A model generated the notes under the pieces. The model made no database searches. It was not told the origin of the DNA and saw nothing but the letters and a program-made list of their open reading frames with translations. A DNA stretch of 64,000 nucleotides from a virus (taxonomy: Duplodnaviria > Caudoviricetes). Positions 47,867 to 58,551 of the stretch are shown here, one piece after another (positions within the stretch are counted from its first letter, which is position 1; the number at the start of each line of letters is the position of its first letter). Where the stretch lies: positions 1 through 64,000 of the IMG/VR virus record IMGVR_UViG_3300035208_003131. The stretch is one strand, 5' to 3'. Made by a program: the position numbers and the translations under genes.

Positions 47867-49455
47867 TAGAATGGACTCCCAGTCTCTTGTGGAGACTGTG
47901 TTTGCAACGGTGGGTTTTTGTTACCGTTTTCATTACTATCTAATATAGTTTCTTGTACAGGTAAAATTTCAACTTCCGTTATTTTTTCAGTTTTTAGATC
48001 TTTATTTTTTAACTCGTTCATTTTTTCCACCTGTGCTTCAATCTCTTCTCTACTCTTTGAAGGAGCTTTAATCGAACCACGTAAATCACTTGTACGAGAG
48101 GTAAATGAATCCGCATTACCATCTTGTGATATCTGCATTTCACTATATTGTTTAATATCATTATTAGACGCACTACGAACACGCATATGTGAATAATCAC
48201 ACTTAGACATACTATTTATCATATTTGGACCAAAACGATTCTTAAGAATCATATGATAAAATAAATGATGTTCTTTTAATAGTGGATCTTGTGTAATAGT
48301 AATCATTAAATCAGCTGTATCATTTAATCCAGCACTACCAGCAACATTTTCCATCGAAGCTTCTTTACTACCATAACCATCACGATTTAATTGTGATGCA
48401 GTTACAACAGCGATTTCACGAGCCTTTGCCATATCACGTAGTTGTTCGGCAATCTCTTTACCCATTGTATATAGAGTATGACTGCCTATTCCATTCGCAC
48501 GTTTAGCAGGTTTCATAATACCAATATAATCAACTACTAACATATCAATATCAAATCCTTTAGTGCGTTTTATTTCAATAATTTCATTTTCGATATCAAC
48601 AACAGTTGCAGTGGTAGGTAATGCTTTAACAACTAGATTACCGACATCATGTACATCCTTATCGGGTACAGTGGTTAATAATCGTTTTAAATCAGCCCCA
48701 TTTGAAACACGAACTTCATTCATTGGTACATCAGTAATATTTGACGTAATACGTTCCCATATTAATTCTTCGGCCATTTCTAACGTAATATACATAACAT
48801 TGTATCCACGTTGAAATGCAAATGCAGCTTCATTACATAACACAATAGATTTACCAACGTTAGGCATACCCATAAAAATGGTTAACGCTTTCCTATAATG
48901 ACCACCATATCCAGTTCCATTCGATGTAAATGCACGAATATCTTCTAATGCTGATGGTATTGCTCTCATAGATTCATTTAATCGCCTCAATGCTTCATCC
49001 GTGTCAGCAACTACATCTAACGCACCATCAATATGTAAACTAAAATTAACCGCATTTTGCAATCCTTTGATTAATGTGTTAATGTTTGTAAAATCTCGTT
49101 CATGTATGGCCTCAGCAGCATCTGTTAAAATATTTGTTGTTTGTTGTACTTGAAAAAATGTTTCAATTTGATCGATAACGTAACTGTTTTCCATCGGTTG
49201 TATATCACGATTACATATGTTAATCAATTTAGTTCGCTGAGTACAAGCAGGTAACGCAGTGACCAATTCTTGAGCACTGGGGTATCGATTATACTTCTTA
49301 TGGTATCGTAAAATCCACTCACATATTTTTTTATTAGCAGGATCTTTAAAAACATCCTCCGAGAAATGTGGTGCGATTCGATGTTGTAAAGTAGTATCTT
49401 CGAAAAATTTACGTATTACTAAATCTTCATTAGATATGTCATAGACTTTTTGCAT
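47866..49455 (-). CDS. 41: Replicative helicase gp41 (DnaB family)
   Basis: GMPNVGKS, YITLEMAEE, VVDYIGIM, TASQLNR, KNRFG. Start moved to MQKVY (AAGGAG SD). Confidence 0.95.
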   Translation of the reverse strand: MQKVYDISNEDLVIRKFFEDTTLQHRIAPHFSEDVFKDPANKKICEWILRYHKKYNRYPSAQELVTALPACTQRTKLINICNRDIQPMENSYVIDQIETFFQVQQTTNILTDAAEAIHERDFTNINTLIKGLQNAVNFSLHIDGALDVVADTDEALRRLNESMRAIPSALEDIRAFTSNGTGYGGHYRKALTIFMGMPNVGKSIVLCNEAAFAFQRGYNVMYITLEMAEELIWERITSNITDVPMNEVRVSNGADLKRLLTTVPDKDVHDVGNLVVKALPTTATVVDIENEIIEIKRTKGFDIDMLVVDYIGIMKPAKRANGIGSHTLYTMGKEIAEQLRDMAKAREIAVVTASQLNRDGYGSKEASMENVAGSAGLNDTADLMITITQDPLLKEHHLFYHMILKNRFGPNMINSMSKCDYSHMRVRSASNNDIKQYSEMQISQDGNADSFTSRTSDLRGSIKAPSKSREEIEAQVEKMNELKNKDLKTEKITEVEILPVQETILDSNENGNKNPPLQTQSPQETGSPF

Positions 49456-49491
49456 TGAGTTCTCCTTACATAGAAAGATACGCAAAAAAAT

Positions 49492-49517
49492 AAAAAATCG
49501 GGAAAGTTTTTTCCCGA
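49492..49517 (-). terminator. Intrinsic terminator after uvsX
   Basis: A6, TCGGGAAA-GTTT-TTTCCCGA. Confidence 0.7.
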
Positions 49518-49547
49518 CTATTTATTAAAAAAAGTAGTTGACCTAAC

Positions 49548-50786
49548 TTAATCATTCATGTCAAACTCATCCATTTTACCAGCTTTCACAGCTTTACTTA
49601 CGACGGTCTCAGCATCTTCAAGGTTTTCACTATCGATATCAATACCTTGTTCTTCTTCATCGTCATATTTAAAATCAATTGGTTTCACAAGTTGTAATTT
49701 ATTTTTAATATATTCATTGATCTCATCAAAAACAGTTCCAATGGTAGATTCCATATGAATATCTTTTTCTTTACAAACAATCCATTCAGATTCAGGTTTT
49801 TTTGGATCTTTAATTACATAAAAATTTGCACCGCCAGTTTTTTCAGGACCGACAACACCTTTTTTATCAAATTTAGCAGCCGACCACTTTTCAAGTAATT
49901 TAGCTTCCACAGCCCATTCATGCATTCCATACCATTTATTTAGACCACGCTCCCAATTCAAATAAATCTGAGCCTTCTGACCATCAATACAGAATCTACT
50001 TTTAACATTTTTAGCGGTGATGATAGTACCTTTACGGATCGTACCTTCTTTATACTGCTTTTTAGTCATATGTAGAATTACAGATGATGCATATAACCCA
50101 CCACTACCACCAGCAACGGTCGTAGGATCACCGTAGCCGCCAATATTAGCATATACATGATTAGTGATAAGCATTGGAATATCAAGCGTTCCTAGACGCA
50201 CTAGAACCGATTTATAAAAGCTCTTCAATTGTTTTTGAGCAGTCATATCGTTAACATAATTACTGTTCTGAATATCAGTTCTACTCTTCAATGTATCAAG
50301 CATACCTTGTGAATCGATTACAAATGCACACTTATTTGGGTTCTCAGCCTTTCTTCCCATAGCATCTTCAAGTTGCTCTAGAATTTGGTCGAAGTTACCT
50401 TTCAGTTTTTCAACAACAGATTGACTAATAAGTTTAAATGATCCTTCAGGTAATCCAAAATTAATTAGATCAGAATCACATAGTGAGTTTTCAGTGTCAA
50501 TGTAATAGATAAAATAACCCTTCTCAACGAGTGGACGTGCAAATGCAAACATAGCGAAAAAAGTTTTACCTACCGCTTGTTCTCCTGCAAACATAAATGC
50601 TCTATTACTTGGGAATCCTTTTGTCATGTCGCCCGACATGATTGCGTTCAATGTATATGAACCAGTATCGATCCAATCTTTAACTTCACGCTTGCGACCG
50701 CTATCAGCCATTTTGTCTCCAGTCTTCACAGAACTGAAAAAACTAAAATCAGGTGCGGTATTCGTTTTCTTCTTTTTTGGTGGCAT
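49548..50786 (-). CDS. uvsX: RecA-like recombinase UvsX
   Basis: IDTGSYTLN, AGEQAVGKT, DTEN, VIDSQG, TNHVY, GGSGGLYASS, KSRF. Confidence 0.95.
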   Translation of the reverse strand: MPPKKKKTNTAPDFSFFSSVKTGDKMADSGRKREVKDWIDTGSYTLNAIMSGDMTKGFPSNRAFMFAGEQAVGKTFFAMFAFARPLVEKGYFIYYIDTENSLCDSDLINFGLPEGSFKLISQSVVEKLKGNFDQILEQLEDAMGRKAENPNKCAFVIDSQGMLDTLKSRTDIQNSNYVNDMTAQKQLKSFYKSVLVRLGTLDIPMLITNHVYANIGGYGDPTTVAGGSGGLYASSVILHMTKKQYKEGTIRKGTIITAKNVKSRFCIDGQKAQIYLNWERGLNKWYGMHEWAVEAKLLEKWSAAKFDKKGVVGPEKTGGANFYVIKDPKKPESEWIVCKEKDIHMESTIGTVFDEINEYIKNKLQLVKPIDFKYDDEEEQGIDIDSENLEDAETVVSKAVKAGKMDEFDMND

Positions 50787-50847
50787 TTTTTATTCCTCTT
50801 ATATTAATATTTAATAAGATACACGAAAAAATACGGGATTACCATGT

Positions 50848-51771
50848 TTATTTTAGAAGATTTATACCACCTTTCATTTCACGTAAAATTTTATCAGAAT
50901 TAAAAATTAGAGGACTAATAAATACCGGAATTCCACGATGAGATACCACGGTATATGGCATTTTTTGATTCTTAAGTTTAATTGGCTTAGTAGTCATTAA
51001 TATGTATGGATTAGGAGTACTAGTAAGTGTACTGGTATCCTGTAAAAAACCATGCATTTTAAGTTCCAATACTGATATTCCATTACGAACACCAATTACA
51101 TTCACACGAGCCTGTGAATGTCGATCATCCATTTTTATAACATAATCAGCGTCAATTTCAGAATCTATTTTATTAAATAATCCCTTTGTTGGTATCTGAA
51201 GCATTCGAAGATAACTCTCAAGTTTTGCATATCCTGTTAATAGACTTTTATTACCTTTAAATAGATGAATTGTATTTAAATACCGCTGTAAAATTGGTGC
51301 TAACATACGCCCATTATCAGTAGATAATCTATGAATCATTTTATGTACAAGAGGTAACTCACTCACACCCATATCGCCAAATGAAATCACTTTACCATTA
51401 TCATCACGCATGGTATTTTTTATTTCTTTAATTGCACCTTTAAATTCAACACCATCAATCTGAAGAATATAATTTTCACCGAATGTTTTTAATGCATTTA
51501 CAACATTATGTGGATTTTCAGACGACATTGTAAAATCATGTGAATCCGAAATTATATATGTATTAATTCCCTTTGCTGAAAATTTAACACACGGAACCGA
51601 ACCATTACCGCCTTTAACATAATACACCTGTGAATATTCAACCTGTACGTATTTATATAGATTTCCATCCTTCTTAGTATAATTTAAATCACGGGCTATA
51701 TTTCTATAATCCGCACTAGGTTCACGTGTAAATACTACCTGTGTAGTACTATCAATATTTTGTACTATCAT
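50848..51771 (-). CDS. Hypothetical protein
   Basis: 307 aa; start overlaps the stop of the gp25 fusion. Confidence 0.7.
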   Translation of the reverse strand: MIVQNIDSTTQVVFTREPSADYRNIARDLNYTKKDGNLYKYVQVEYSQVYYVKGGNGSVPCVKFSAKGINTYIISDSHDFTMSSENPHNVVNALKTFGENYILQIDGVEFKGAIKEIKNTMRDDNGKVISFGDMGVSELPLVHKMIHRLSTDNGRMLAPILQRYLNTIHLFKGNKSLLTGYAKLESYLRMLQIPTKGLFNKIDSEIDADYVIKMDDRHSQARVNVIGVRNGISVLELKMHGFLQDTSTLTSTPNPYILMTTKPIKLKNQKMPYTVVSHRGIPVFISPLIFNSDKILREMKGGINLLK

Positions 51772-54700
51772 ATATTGGCCTCGCCATTTGAAATTGATTT
51801 AAGTGTAATACCAATAACTCGAACATTTCCAGTTGGTACTAATAAATATAATACAATCATTACATCATTTATAGCATCATTAAAAAATACATATGAATCT
51901 TCTTCTACTATAGATACACGTGGTTCGTATCGCTTAACAGATTCAATAATTTCAGTTAACGCACGTTTTTGAAAACCATCAATGTCATCAACAATTGAAT
52001 GAATATAATCTTCAATTCGAGTACCGAAATCAGGATTAAATATTCTTTCACCAGCACGAGTTAGAATAATACTATACACATTCTGTACCATACTATTCTC
52101 ATCAGTAACCTCAGAAAATCCAGAATATCCCATATCTCGATTATATATAGCTGTTATATCAGAGTCACGACCAAATGGACTAATTAATCCAGAACCAGTT
52201 GTAAGTGTTTTTCGCTTTTGATAATCACGAGTTAATTTATCACGTTCTGGATCAAACTCTTCATCATCAAATAATAATGTATATATATCAATATTACTTA
52301 ATGAACAGTTTTCATATCCAGTATTAGTAGGGCCAGTTTCAACTTGAACTGGCCCCGTTGTTGCACCAAATGGAACAACAACTTGAATTGCATTTCGATC
52401 ACCACCAATTACCGTACCAACAATTCCATTAAACGTAACAACATTATTAATTGGAATTGGATTTAGTAATCCAACCGTTGCCGATACCGTAACAGTATCA
52501 CCTACATAACCTTGCGTTGGATTAACTTCAATATATACAGGACATCCAGTTACAACATTTATTGTACGAATTGCGGCATTTTCATTTCCACATGGATCAC
52601 TTACAGTATATAGGATTAAATAAGTACCAAGTGTATTTGAATCAACTGCACCCTGTATTAAAATATCGGCGGTAACATCACCAAAAATATTATCAATTGC
52701 AATAGCACCTTCCTCTATATATGATTCACCTTGAATTACTTCCATGACCTGATCACCATTAATTGATATGATAGGAGGAGTATTATCTAAAATATTAGTA
52801 ATTGTATTTGTAAATAATGTAACATTATTATGTACCATACTCATAACAAAATCCATCTCACCATCAGGAGTTCCAAATCCATAATATACTGTAACCGATG
52901 TCATAGTCGCATTCGTAATATTTAAATTTGAATTTAAAAACGATCTACTTGATGTTTCATCATGATTTAAATTGATACCAGTCAAAGTCAATACTGAATC
53001 ATTATTAAAACATTCAGGTGTTACACTAGTTAATACCGGAGGTATTATTGATGTAGTATCATTACCCTCAGTATTCGCATAAACAGTCAATACTCCATTA
53101 ACCAACCCATCCACTTCAATATCAAATGTCATCTCATCAACACTTGCTACTAAATTACTTATAACACCATAACTTGTATCAGAAACTTCACCTTCAGCAA
53201 ATATACCTGGAGATGAACTATTACTCGCTATTATAGCACTAACTGGATCAAGTGGATTAAATGTAACATGCATGTTTAATATAAAATGATCAGCATCAAT
53301 AATTGTATATCCATCAACCGAAATAGCAAGTGTGTTGGTAGTAGGTATAGGTTCAGTTGCAAATGCTAAATTACCAACCTCATCCGCAACATCAACACGT
53401 AATATACCTGTACCTGTAACATTAACTTCATATATTAATATTCGAGGATCTGTTGAATTACTTAAAGAACCGGTACCATTAATAAACGATACACTAGATT
53501 GATTAATCGGAGAAATATCAGTAATAGTCACATTAATTATATCGCCAGTACCCACAATAGTTGGAATTTCAATCATAGGTGCATAATCATCAACAATAAT
53601 AGACACCTGATTATTATAATCGCTTGTTATAATACCATCTTTAATTACATATGCAGGTGATACATAATTATACATCTTCATATTCATATCATCTGTATGA
53701 TCTAAATCAATTGCAGATCCACCAGTTGAATATGAAATCTGAATCTCTACATTAAATCCAATTTGAGTTGCCGCAACAATGTAATATAAATCACCAATTA
53801 CAATAGGTGCATTTGTGTGATTACCTAATGAATTAAATGATACAATATCACCAATTTTAAATGAGCAGTTTTCAACTAATATTGTATCCGCAACATCATC
53901 CACACTTAATACATTATACTTACCTTGAATACCAGATGGTAATGTAAATGTAAATAAATTATTTGGAGCATCTATATCAACAAGACCTATACTTTGAGTT
54001 AATCCACCTGAAACGGTACCACCAATAAGTGTATCATCAGCAATATTAAGTGTTAATGGGTCTTCTACATTGAACCCAATAATATCAACTATATCACCTG
54101 AACGAACAACCGCTGATACTTGTTCAGTTGAATGTTTACGATAATACATTAGAATTGGAGCTGTTAATCTAGCACTCTGATTACCAATCTCGTCTTTGAC
54201 AGCAATATCATAATATCCATCACCAATCCCACTTAATGTGAAATCAAACGATAAATTTGTTGATGGTGATTTTACAATATTAGATGGTGTTACATTTGTC
54301 AACGACGAAGTCTTACGTATTTCAATATCCAACGAGTCATCAGATATCTCACTATCATCAATCCCAAGAGCCGATACGTCAACAACAGTCTGTCTAAGTG
54401 ATATACCACCAACATCAGTAACTGTTGATGTATTTCCGGGTATATTAATTGTATATGTAAATGCAGTTGGTGTAGTAAGTACAACAGCACTACGTACATT
54501 ATAATTAGGTGAAATAATATTAACTAGATCCCCAACATTTAAATTACTAGAAGTTGTCGATGTAATAGTAACTTCACCAAATCCATCACCAATCGCACTA
54601 TCAACGATTAATGCATTATTTGTATTAGTTAATTGAACCGTAGGAGGCTCTTCATCATCAACAACACCAGAACTAATAACAATATACGGTTTATATTCAA

Positions 54701-56270
54701 TTGTTTCAGTACTCCAATATACATTTTCAATTGAGTTCGATTCCTGAGTTTTAACAAATCCAACATCAGGAACCTCAATACCATCTAACCACTTAGTTAG
54801 TTTATCTGTACTTACAGTAAATTTAGTATATGCATCATTTTCACCACTACCAACATTAATAAAATTATAATACCCGATTGGATCACCCATATCAATTAAT
54901 GGATTAATTGTATCCCATGTATCAGAATCAGACCATGAATCATCCACCATTTGAAATAATCCCATTTGAGCATCACCATCAGTACCACTTTCATATACAG
55001 CATTAATTTCAGCAAATAATAATTGTGATAATGGTATACCAGCAATCGGAAATCTAAACACCATACGTTGATAATTTGGAGGTGAATTAGTACTAAAATT
55101 TCTTACTTTCAATTGCGTTGATGAACCAAAATCATTAGCTACATTATTATCAATATATGTATCTTTATCAGCATATCGAAGATATGTAAATAGCGTATGA
55201 TCTTCAAGTATTTTTGCTTCATACCCACTTACATAATTAACTGCGATTGCAGCCGAAGGTGGACGACTTGAATATTTAATTGAGCCTACTAATTCAAGTG
55301 TTGTTGACGTATTTCCAGTTAATTTACATTCAACTGAGTTTGTACTAAGGCGACTAGTTATAATTAATTGATTGCCGTCATAATTAGTAGTACCTTCAAT
55401 TGCAATGATATCATTAACTTGTAAATCATGAGATCTAGTTGTGTTAATTGTTATTGTACCCGAACCATCGCCTGAAATTGAACTAATTGATTGTTCATTT
55501 ACAACAACTTCCCAAAATTCTACAGTTCCGCTAGTATGAGTACTTGCAGTCACAACATGTTTTGTGTGATATGTGAATGTAGTAGGACCTGTAACCGTAA
55601 TTTTAAATGTACCTTCATACCGTTCACCCGAACTACCAAACGAACGAACTCCACTACTAATGTCAGTAATGCGAACTGCATCACCTGAATTATATGAATG
55701 AGCTGCACTTGTTGTTACAGTTACGGTATTTCCCAATGATGTAATATTAGAAATAGTTTCAGTTTTACTATTATCTCGGTGTTCAAATACCCAGTTCATT
55801 GGATTAGTAATATTTTCACCATTCAATCCAATATATGAGTATGAATCTTCACAGTCATTATATCGACCTAAACGTTCTGTATTATCCCACATCCCACGTA
55901 GATTGAACCTACCTTGATTTGCAAGGGTTGCACTACTACTAAGAGTTCGAGTTGGCATATATAATAATATTTCAGATGAGAATTTGTTCTCATCAATACG
56001 AGGTGGGCGAATATTATTCATCCAGTCATCATACCCTTCTGTCATTGTACCACCAACACCTTGAAATGGCTGTATATCGTTAATTGCATAATAACCACTG
56101 TTATCTAATACAGTCAATACATAATGATGATTGAAAAATCCACGGACACGATAATCCTGTAACGCATATGACCCACCGGAAATACACTCTAGAGATAGCT
56201 CCAATGAATATCGAGTTACTCCATTAACAGTAGTTGAACTACCATCTTCTTTAATTCTAAGTTCTAACAT
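51768..56270 (-). CDS. Large multidomain virion protein with C-terminal gp25 baseplate wedge domain
   Basis: C-terminal NVYSIILTRAGERIFNPDFGTRI...YEPRV (gp25/GPW). Upstream: DNRLRE-like ADKDTYID...RMVFRF, DUF5011-like PIISINGDQ...AIDNIFGDVT, and IPT/TIG-like segments. Confidence 0.85.
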   Translation of the reverse strand: MLELRIKEDGSSTTVNGVTRYSLELSLECISGGSYALQDYRVRGFFNHHYVLTVLDNSGYYAINDIQPFQGVGGTMTEGYDDWMNNIRPPRIDENKFSSEILLYMPTRTLSSSATLANQGRFNLRGMWDNTERLGRYNDCEDSYSYIGLNGENITNPMNWVFEHRDNSKTETISNITSLGNTVTVTTSAAHSYNSGDAVRITDISSGVRSFGSSGERYEGTFKITVTGPTTFTYHTKHVVTASTHTSGTVEFWEVVVNEQSISSISGDGSGTITINTTRSHDLQVNDIIAIEGTTNYDGNQLIITSRLSTNSVECKLTGNTSTTLELVGSIKYSSRPPSAAIAVNYVSGYEAKILEDHTLFTYLRYADKDTYIDNNVANDFGSSTQLKVRNFSTNSPPNYQRMVFRFPIAGIPLSQLLFAEINAVYESGTDGDAQMGLFQMVDDSWSDSDTWDTINPLIDMGDPIGYYNFINVGSGENDAYTKFTVSTDKLTKWLDGIEVPDVGFVKTQESNSIENVYWSTETIEYKPYIVISSGVVDDEEPPTVQLTNTNNALIVDSAIGDGFGEVTITSTTSSNLNVGDLVNIISPNYNVRSAVVLTTPTAFTYTINIPGNTSTVTDVGGISLRQTVVDVSALGIDDSEISDDSLDIEIRKTSSLTNVTPSNIVKSPSTNLSFDFTLSGIGDGYYDIAVKDEIGNQSARLTAPILMYYRKHSTEQVSAVVRSGDIVDIIGFNVEDPLTLNIADDTLIGGTVSGGLTQSIGLVDIDAPNNLFTFTLPSGIQGKYNVLSVDDVADTILVENCSFKIGDIVSFNSLGNHTNAPIVIGDLYYIVAATQIGFNVEIQISYSTGGSAIDLDHTDDMNMKMYNYVSPAYVIKDGIITSDYNNQVSIIVDDYAPMIEIPTIVGTGDIINVTITDISPINQSSVSFINGTGSLSNSTDPRILIYEVNVTGTGILRVDVADEVGNLAFATEPIPTTNTLAISVDGYTIIDADHFILNMHVTFNPLDPVSAIIASNSSSPGIFAEGEVSDTSYGVISNLVASVDEMTFDIEVDGLVNGVLTVYANTEGNDTTSIIPPVLTSVTPECFNNDSVLTLTGINLNHDETSSRSFLNSNLNITNATMTSVTVYYGFGTPDGEMDFVMSMVHNNVTLFTNTITNILDNTPPIISINGDQVMEVIQGESYIEEGAIAIDNIFGDVTADILIQGAVDSNTLGTYLILYTVSDPCGNENAAIRTINVVTGCPVYIEVNPTQGYVGDTVTVSATVGLLNPIPINNVVTFNGIVGTVIGGDRNAIQVVVPFGATTGPVQVETGPTNTGYENCSLSNIDIYTLLFDDEEFDPERDKLTRDYQKRKTLTTGSGLISPFGRDSDITAIYNRDMGYSGFSEVTDENSMVQNVYSIILTRAGERIFNPDFGTRIEDYIHSIVDDIDGFQKRALTEIIESVKRYEPRVSIVEEDSYVFFNDAINDVMIVLYLLVPTGNVRVIGITLKSISNGEANI

Positions 56271-56290
56271 ATGAAACGCTTGTTTTCCTA

Positions 56291-56299
56291 TAGTTTATA
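56291..56299 (-). promoter_or_regulatory. Putative late promoter TATAAACTA
   Basis: Exact motif 20 nt upstream of ATG 56270. Confidence 0.75.
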
Positions 56300-56332
56300 A
56301 AGAAAAATAGGTTTCTTTGTGGAGTATTTTAC

Positions 56333-57118
56333 TTAAAATTGAATTTTACTACGATATATATCAGAAACCGCTTTATATCGATCAATAGAGGACTTTGCAT
56401 ACTGCTTCCAATTATCAGTTTTTAACAAACTAATAATACCATCACCCATTTTTTCATATTCAAGTTCAATAATAGAATTACCCATATAATTCTGAGGACT
56501 TTTTTCACTAACAACACATCGTCCATTAATTATTGGATAATACATACGAGCTTGCTCTTGTTTAGATTGTTCACCTGAATGCAAATTTAAAACAATTTTA
56601 CTTCGCTGGATATATGAATCAAGTTCTTTACCCCAAACCCCATATAAATCAAATACTTTATATTTCCCAGCAAATTTTTGTTGTAAATAAAACAATAATT
56701 TCGCACGTCTTTCATGCATATAACCATAAAACAATACATCGATATCACAATCAACTTCATCCACAGATGGAAGAATATTAAGTGTATTAGTGTACATAAG
56801 AGGAACAAATTTTGCATTTAAATTATAGTTTTTTCGAATCCATGCAATATTTGATTGATCATAATCCCATATTTCATCAGCAGCACGTAAATTATAAAAT
56901 GATTGACGATTAACCCAATGAGATCCATCATACAATTGTTCTAGTTGATATACAATTACTTTATAACCAGGATACTTAGATTTGATATCATTTAAATTTT
57001 TCAAAACATTATAACCAAGAACAAAAACCGTAGTATCATATTTAGGATTATTTCCTACTAACTCACGTAATGTAATTTCAACATGATCAAATACTCTATT
57101 AAATTTAAATACTTCCAT
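56333..57118 (-). CDS. GT-B fold glycosyltransferase (Glyco_trans_1_2/CgeB-like)
   Basis: ADEIWDY, DIDVLFYG...RR, WGKELDSYIQRSKIVLNLH, EQARM, VVSE. Confidence 0.75.
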   Translation of the reverse strand: MEVFKFNRVFDHVEITLRELVGNNPKYDTTVFVLGYNVLKNLNDIKSKYPGYKVIVYQLEQLYDGSHWVNRQSFYNLRAADEIWDYDQSNIAWIRKNYNLNAKFVPLMYTNTLNILPSVDEVDCDIDVLFYGYMHERRAKLLFYLQQKFAGKYKVFDLYGVWGKELDSYIQRSKIVLNLHSGEQSKQEQARMYYPIINGRCVVSEKSPQNYMGNSIIELEYEKMGDGIISLLKTDNWKQYAKSSIDRYKAVSDIYRSKIQF

Positions 57119-57248
57119 TATCTTATACCTTTATTTTATATTTTAGATGACCTAAATATGGATGTAAACATAATTATAACAATACATATTATTACATCAA
57201 ACCTAAATTTTAAATCATTCCACACATTATATAATCGATTAAACTTCA

Positions 57249-57902
57249 TTATCTAACACCCTCAGCATAAACAACTAAATGGTTTTTCCGAAAACATGAT
57301 ATTGCATATGTATTAGTATAGTCTTTACTTTTTAATCCACCAACCAACTTCCATTCAACTGGTCGAGTCAACATAACACCATTACCGAATCCATCACCAT
57401 TAAGTGATCTAATGATTATCCAATCATCGACAAACCATCTAATATTATCGGACGTTTTTAACTTATGTGATTTATTATTCGTACATATTGCACCTAATTT
57501 ACGCTTATAATCATATTCGATATGAATATTTAATAAATCGGAAAGCCAATTCAAACTTTCAAATGATATTAAAGGTTCTACAATCGCAACGTAATCAAAT
57601 GTATCGTTTGATTCAACTATATCATTCATCATAATAGTTGGATCAAATGTTGAATTATCGTATATAGGAATTATATCATCAAATACAGGATCAATTGCAA
57701 CTTCTGATCTTTTACTATACGACGCAATATAATTAGCAAGAAATGATTTATTAAATGATTCTCTTATTCCAGTTATAGGTATATATAATGTTGGTTGAAT
57801 ATTATTATAATTACTTCTCATAAGTTGCATCAAACATGTAGCTACCTCTTCATCATGATAATATACAGGAACTAATATTGCAATTTTATACATTACTATC
57901 AC
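57249..57902 (-). CDS. GT2-like glycosyltransferase-fold protein, divergent
   Basis: IAILVPVY; DYVAIVEP at the DxD position; GVMLTRPVEWKLVGG. Confidence 0.55.
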   Translation of the reverse strand: MIVMYKIAILVPVYYHDEEVATCLMQLMRSNYNNIQPTLYIPITGIRESFNKSFLANYIASYSKRSEVAIDPVFDDIIPIYDNSTFDPTIMMNDIVESNDTFDYVAIVEPLISFESLNWLSDLLNIHIEYDYKRKLGAICTNNKSHKLKTSDNIRWFVDDWIIIRSLNGDGFGNGVMLTRPVEWKLVGGLKSKDYTNTYAISCFRKNHLVVYAEGVR

Positions 57903-58551
57903 CTAACGGACGAGCTTTAGTTAACGGTGCATTTCTAGCCGCACGTCTACCATCATCATCATAAAAATCATTTGAATATGGATTCTCATCAAGACCAGCA
58001 ACCGCCTCTTCCAACTCAAATGATCTTTCAACTTGTTGATGGAACCGCTCAATTCGATGTTCTAAATAATCCATTGATATATCAATCATATCTTGATCAT
58101 CGATATATAACATTTCGGGATCATATAATTCATTATTAACTCTATTAATTGCAGCAGCTAAAGCTTTCTTATATGAAAACGCATATATTCCATATGCAAA
58201 CCCTTTAGAGTTGCAACATTCACCGATATGAACTACATCAGACTCTTCACCTTCAGCAAACATAGTTTCAAATACATTACCACTCGGAGTTACATCACCA
58301 CCAGTGACCATTAGATTATTATCTAACGTCAATTGGGTTGAATATGGCGTAACAAAAAATAACGCAGTATCATCAAAAATTATACAATATACAATTTCAG
58401 TATTAATTACATATTCATAATACGATGAAAACATGAATGTATATAATCCATTGTTTCCATCCACAGTTAGTCGATTAAATTCTTCTTTAAATTCTTTTTT
58501 TAACTCAACTGGATCATCATTATAAAACGCTATAATCTCATTGTCTATCAT
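57886..58551 (-). CDS. Hypothetical protein
   Basis: 221 aa in a tightly overlapping operon. Confidence 0.7.
   Translation of the reverse strand: MIDNEIIAFYNDDPVELKKEFKEEFNRLTVDGNNGLYTFMFSSYYEYVINTEIVYCIIFDDTALFFVTPYSTQLTLDNNLMVTGGDVTPSGNVFETMFAEGEESDVVHIGECCNSKGFAYGIYAFSYKKALAAAINRVNNELYDPEMLYIDDQDMIDISMDYLEHRIERFHQQVERSFELEEAVAGLDENPYSNDFYDDDGRRAARNAPLTKARPLGDSNV

Noticed and set aside
33518-50786. Introns or inteins in polymerase, helicase or recombinase
   Set aside because: ORFs are continuous and of ordinary size; no intein Cys/Ser start with His-Asn end and no homing endonuclease motifs were seen.
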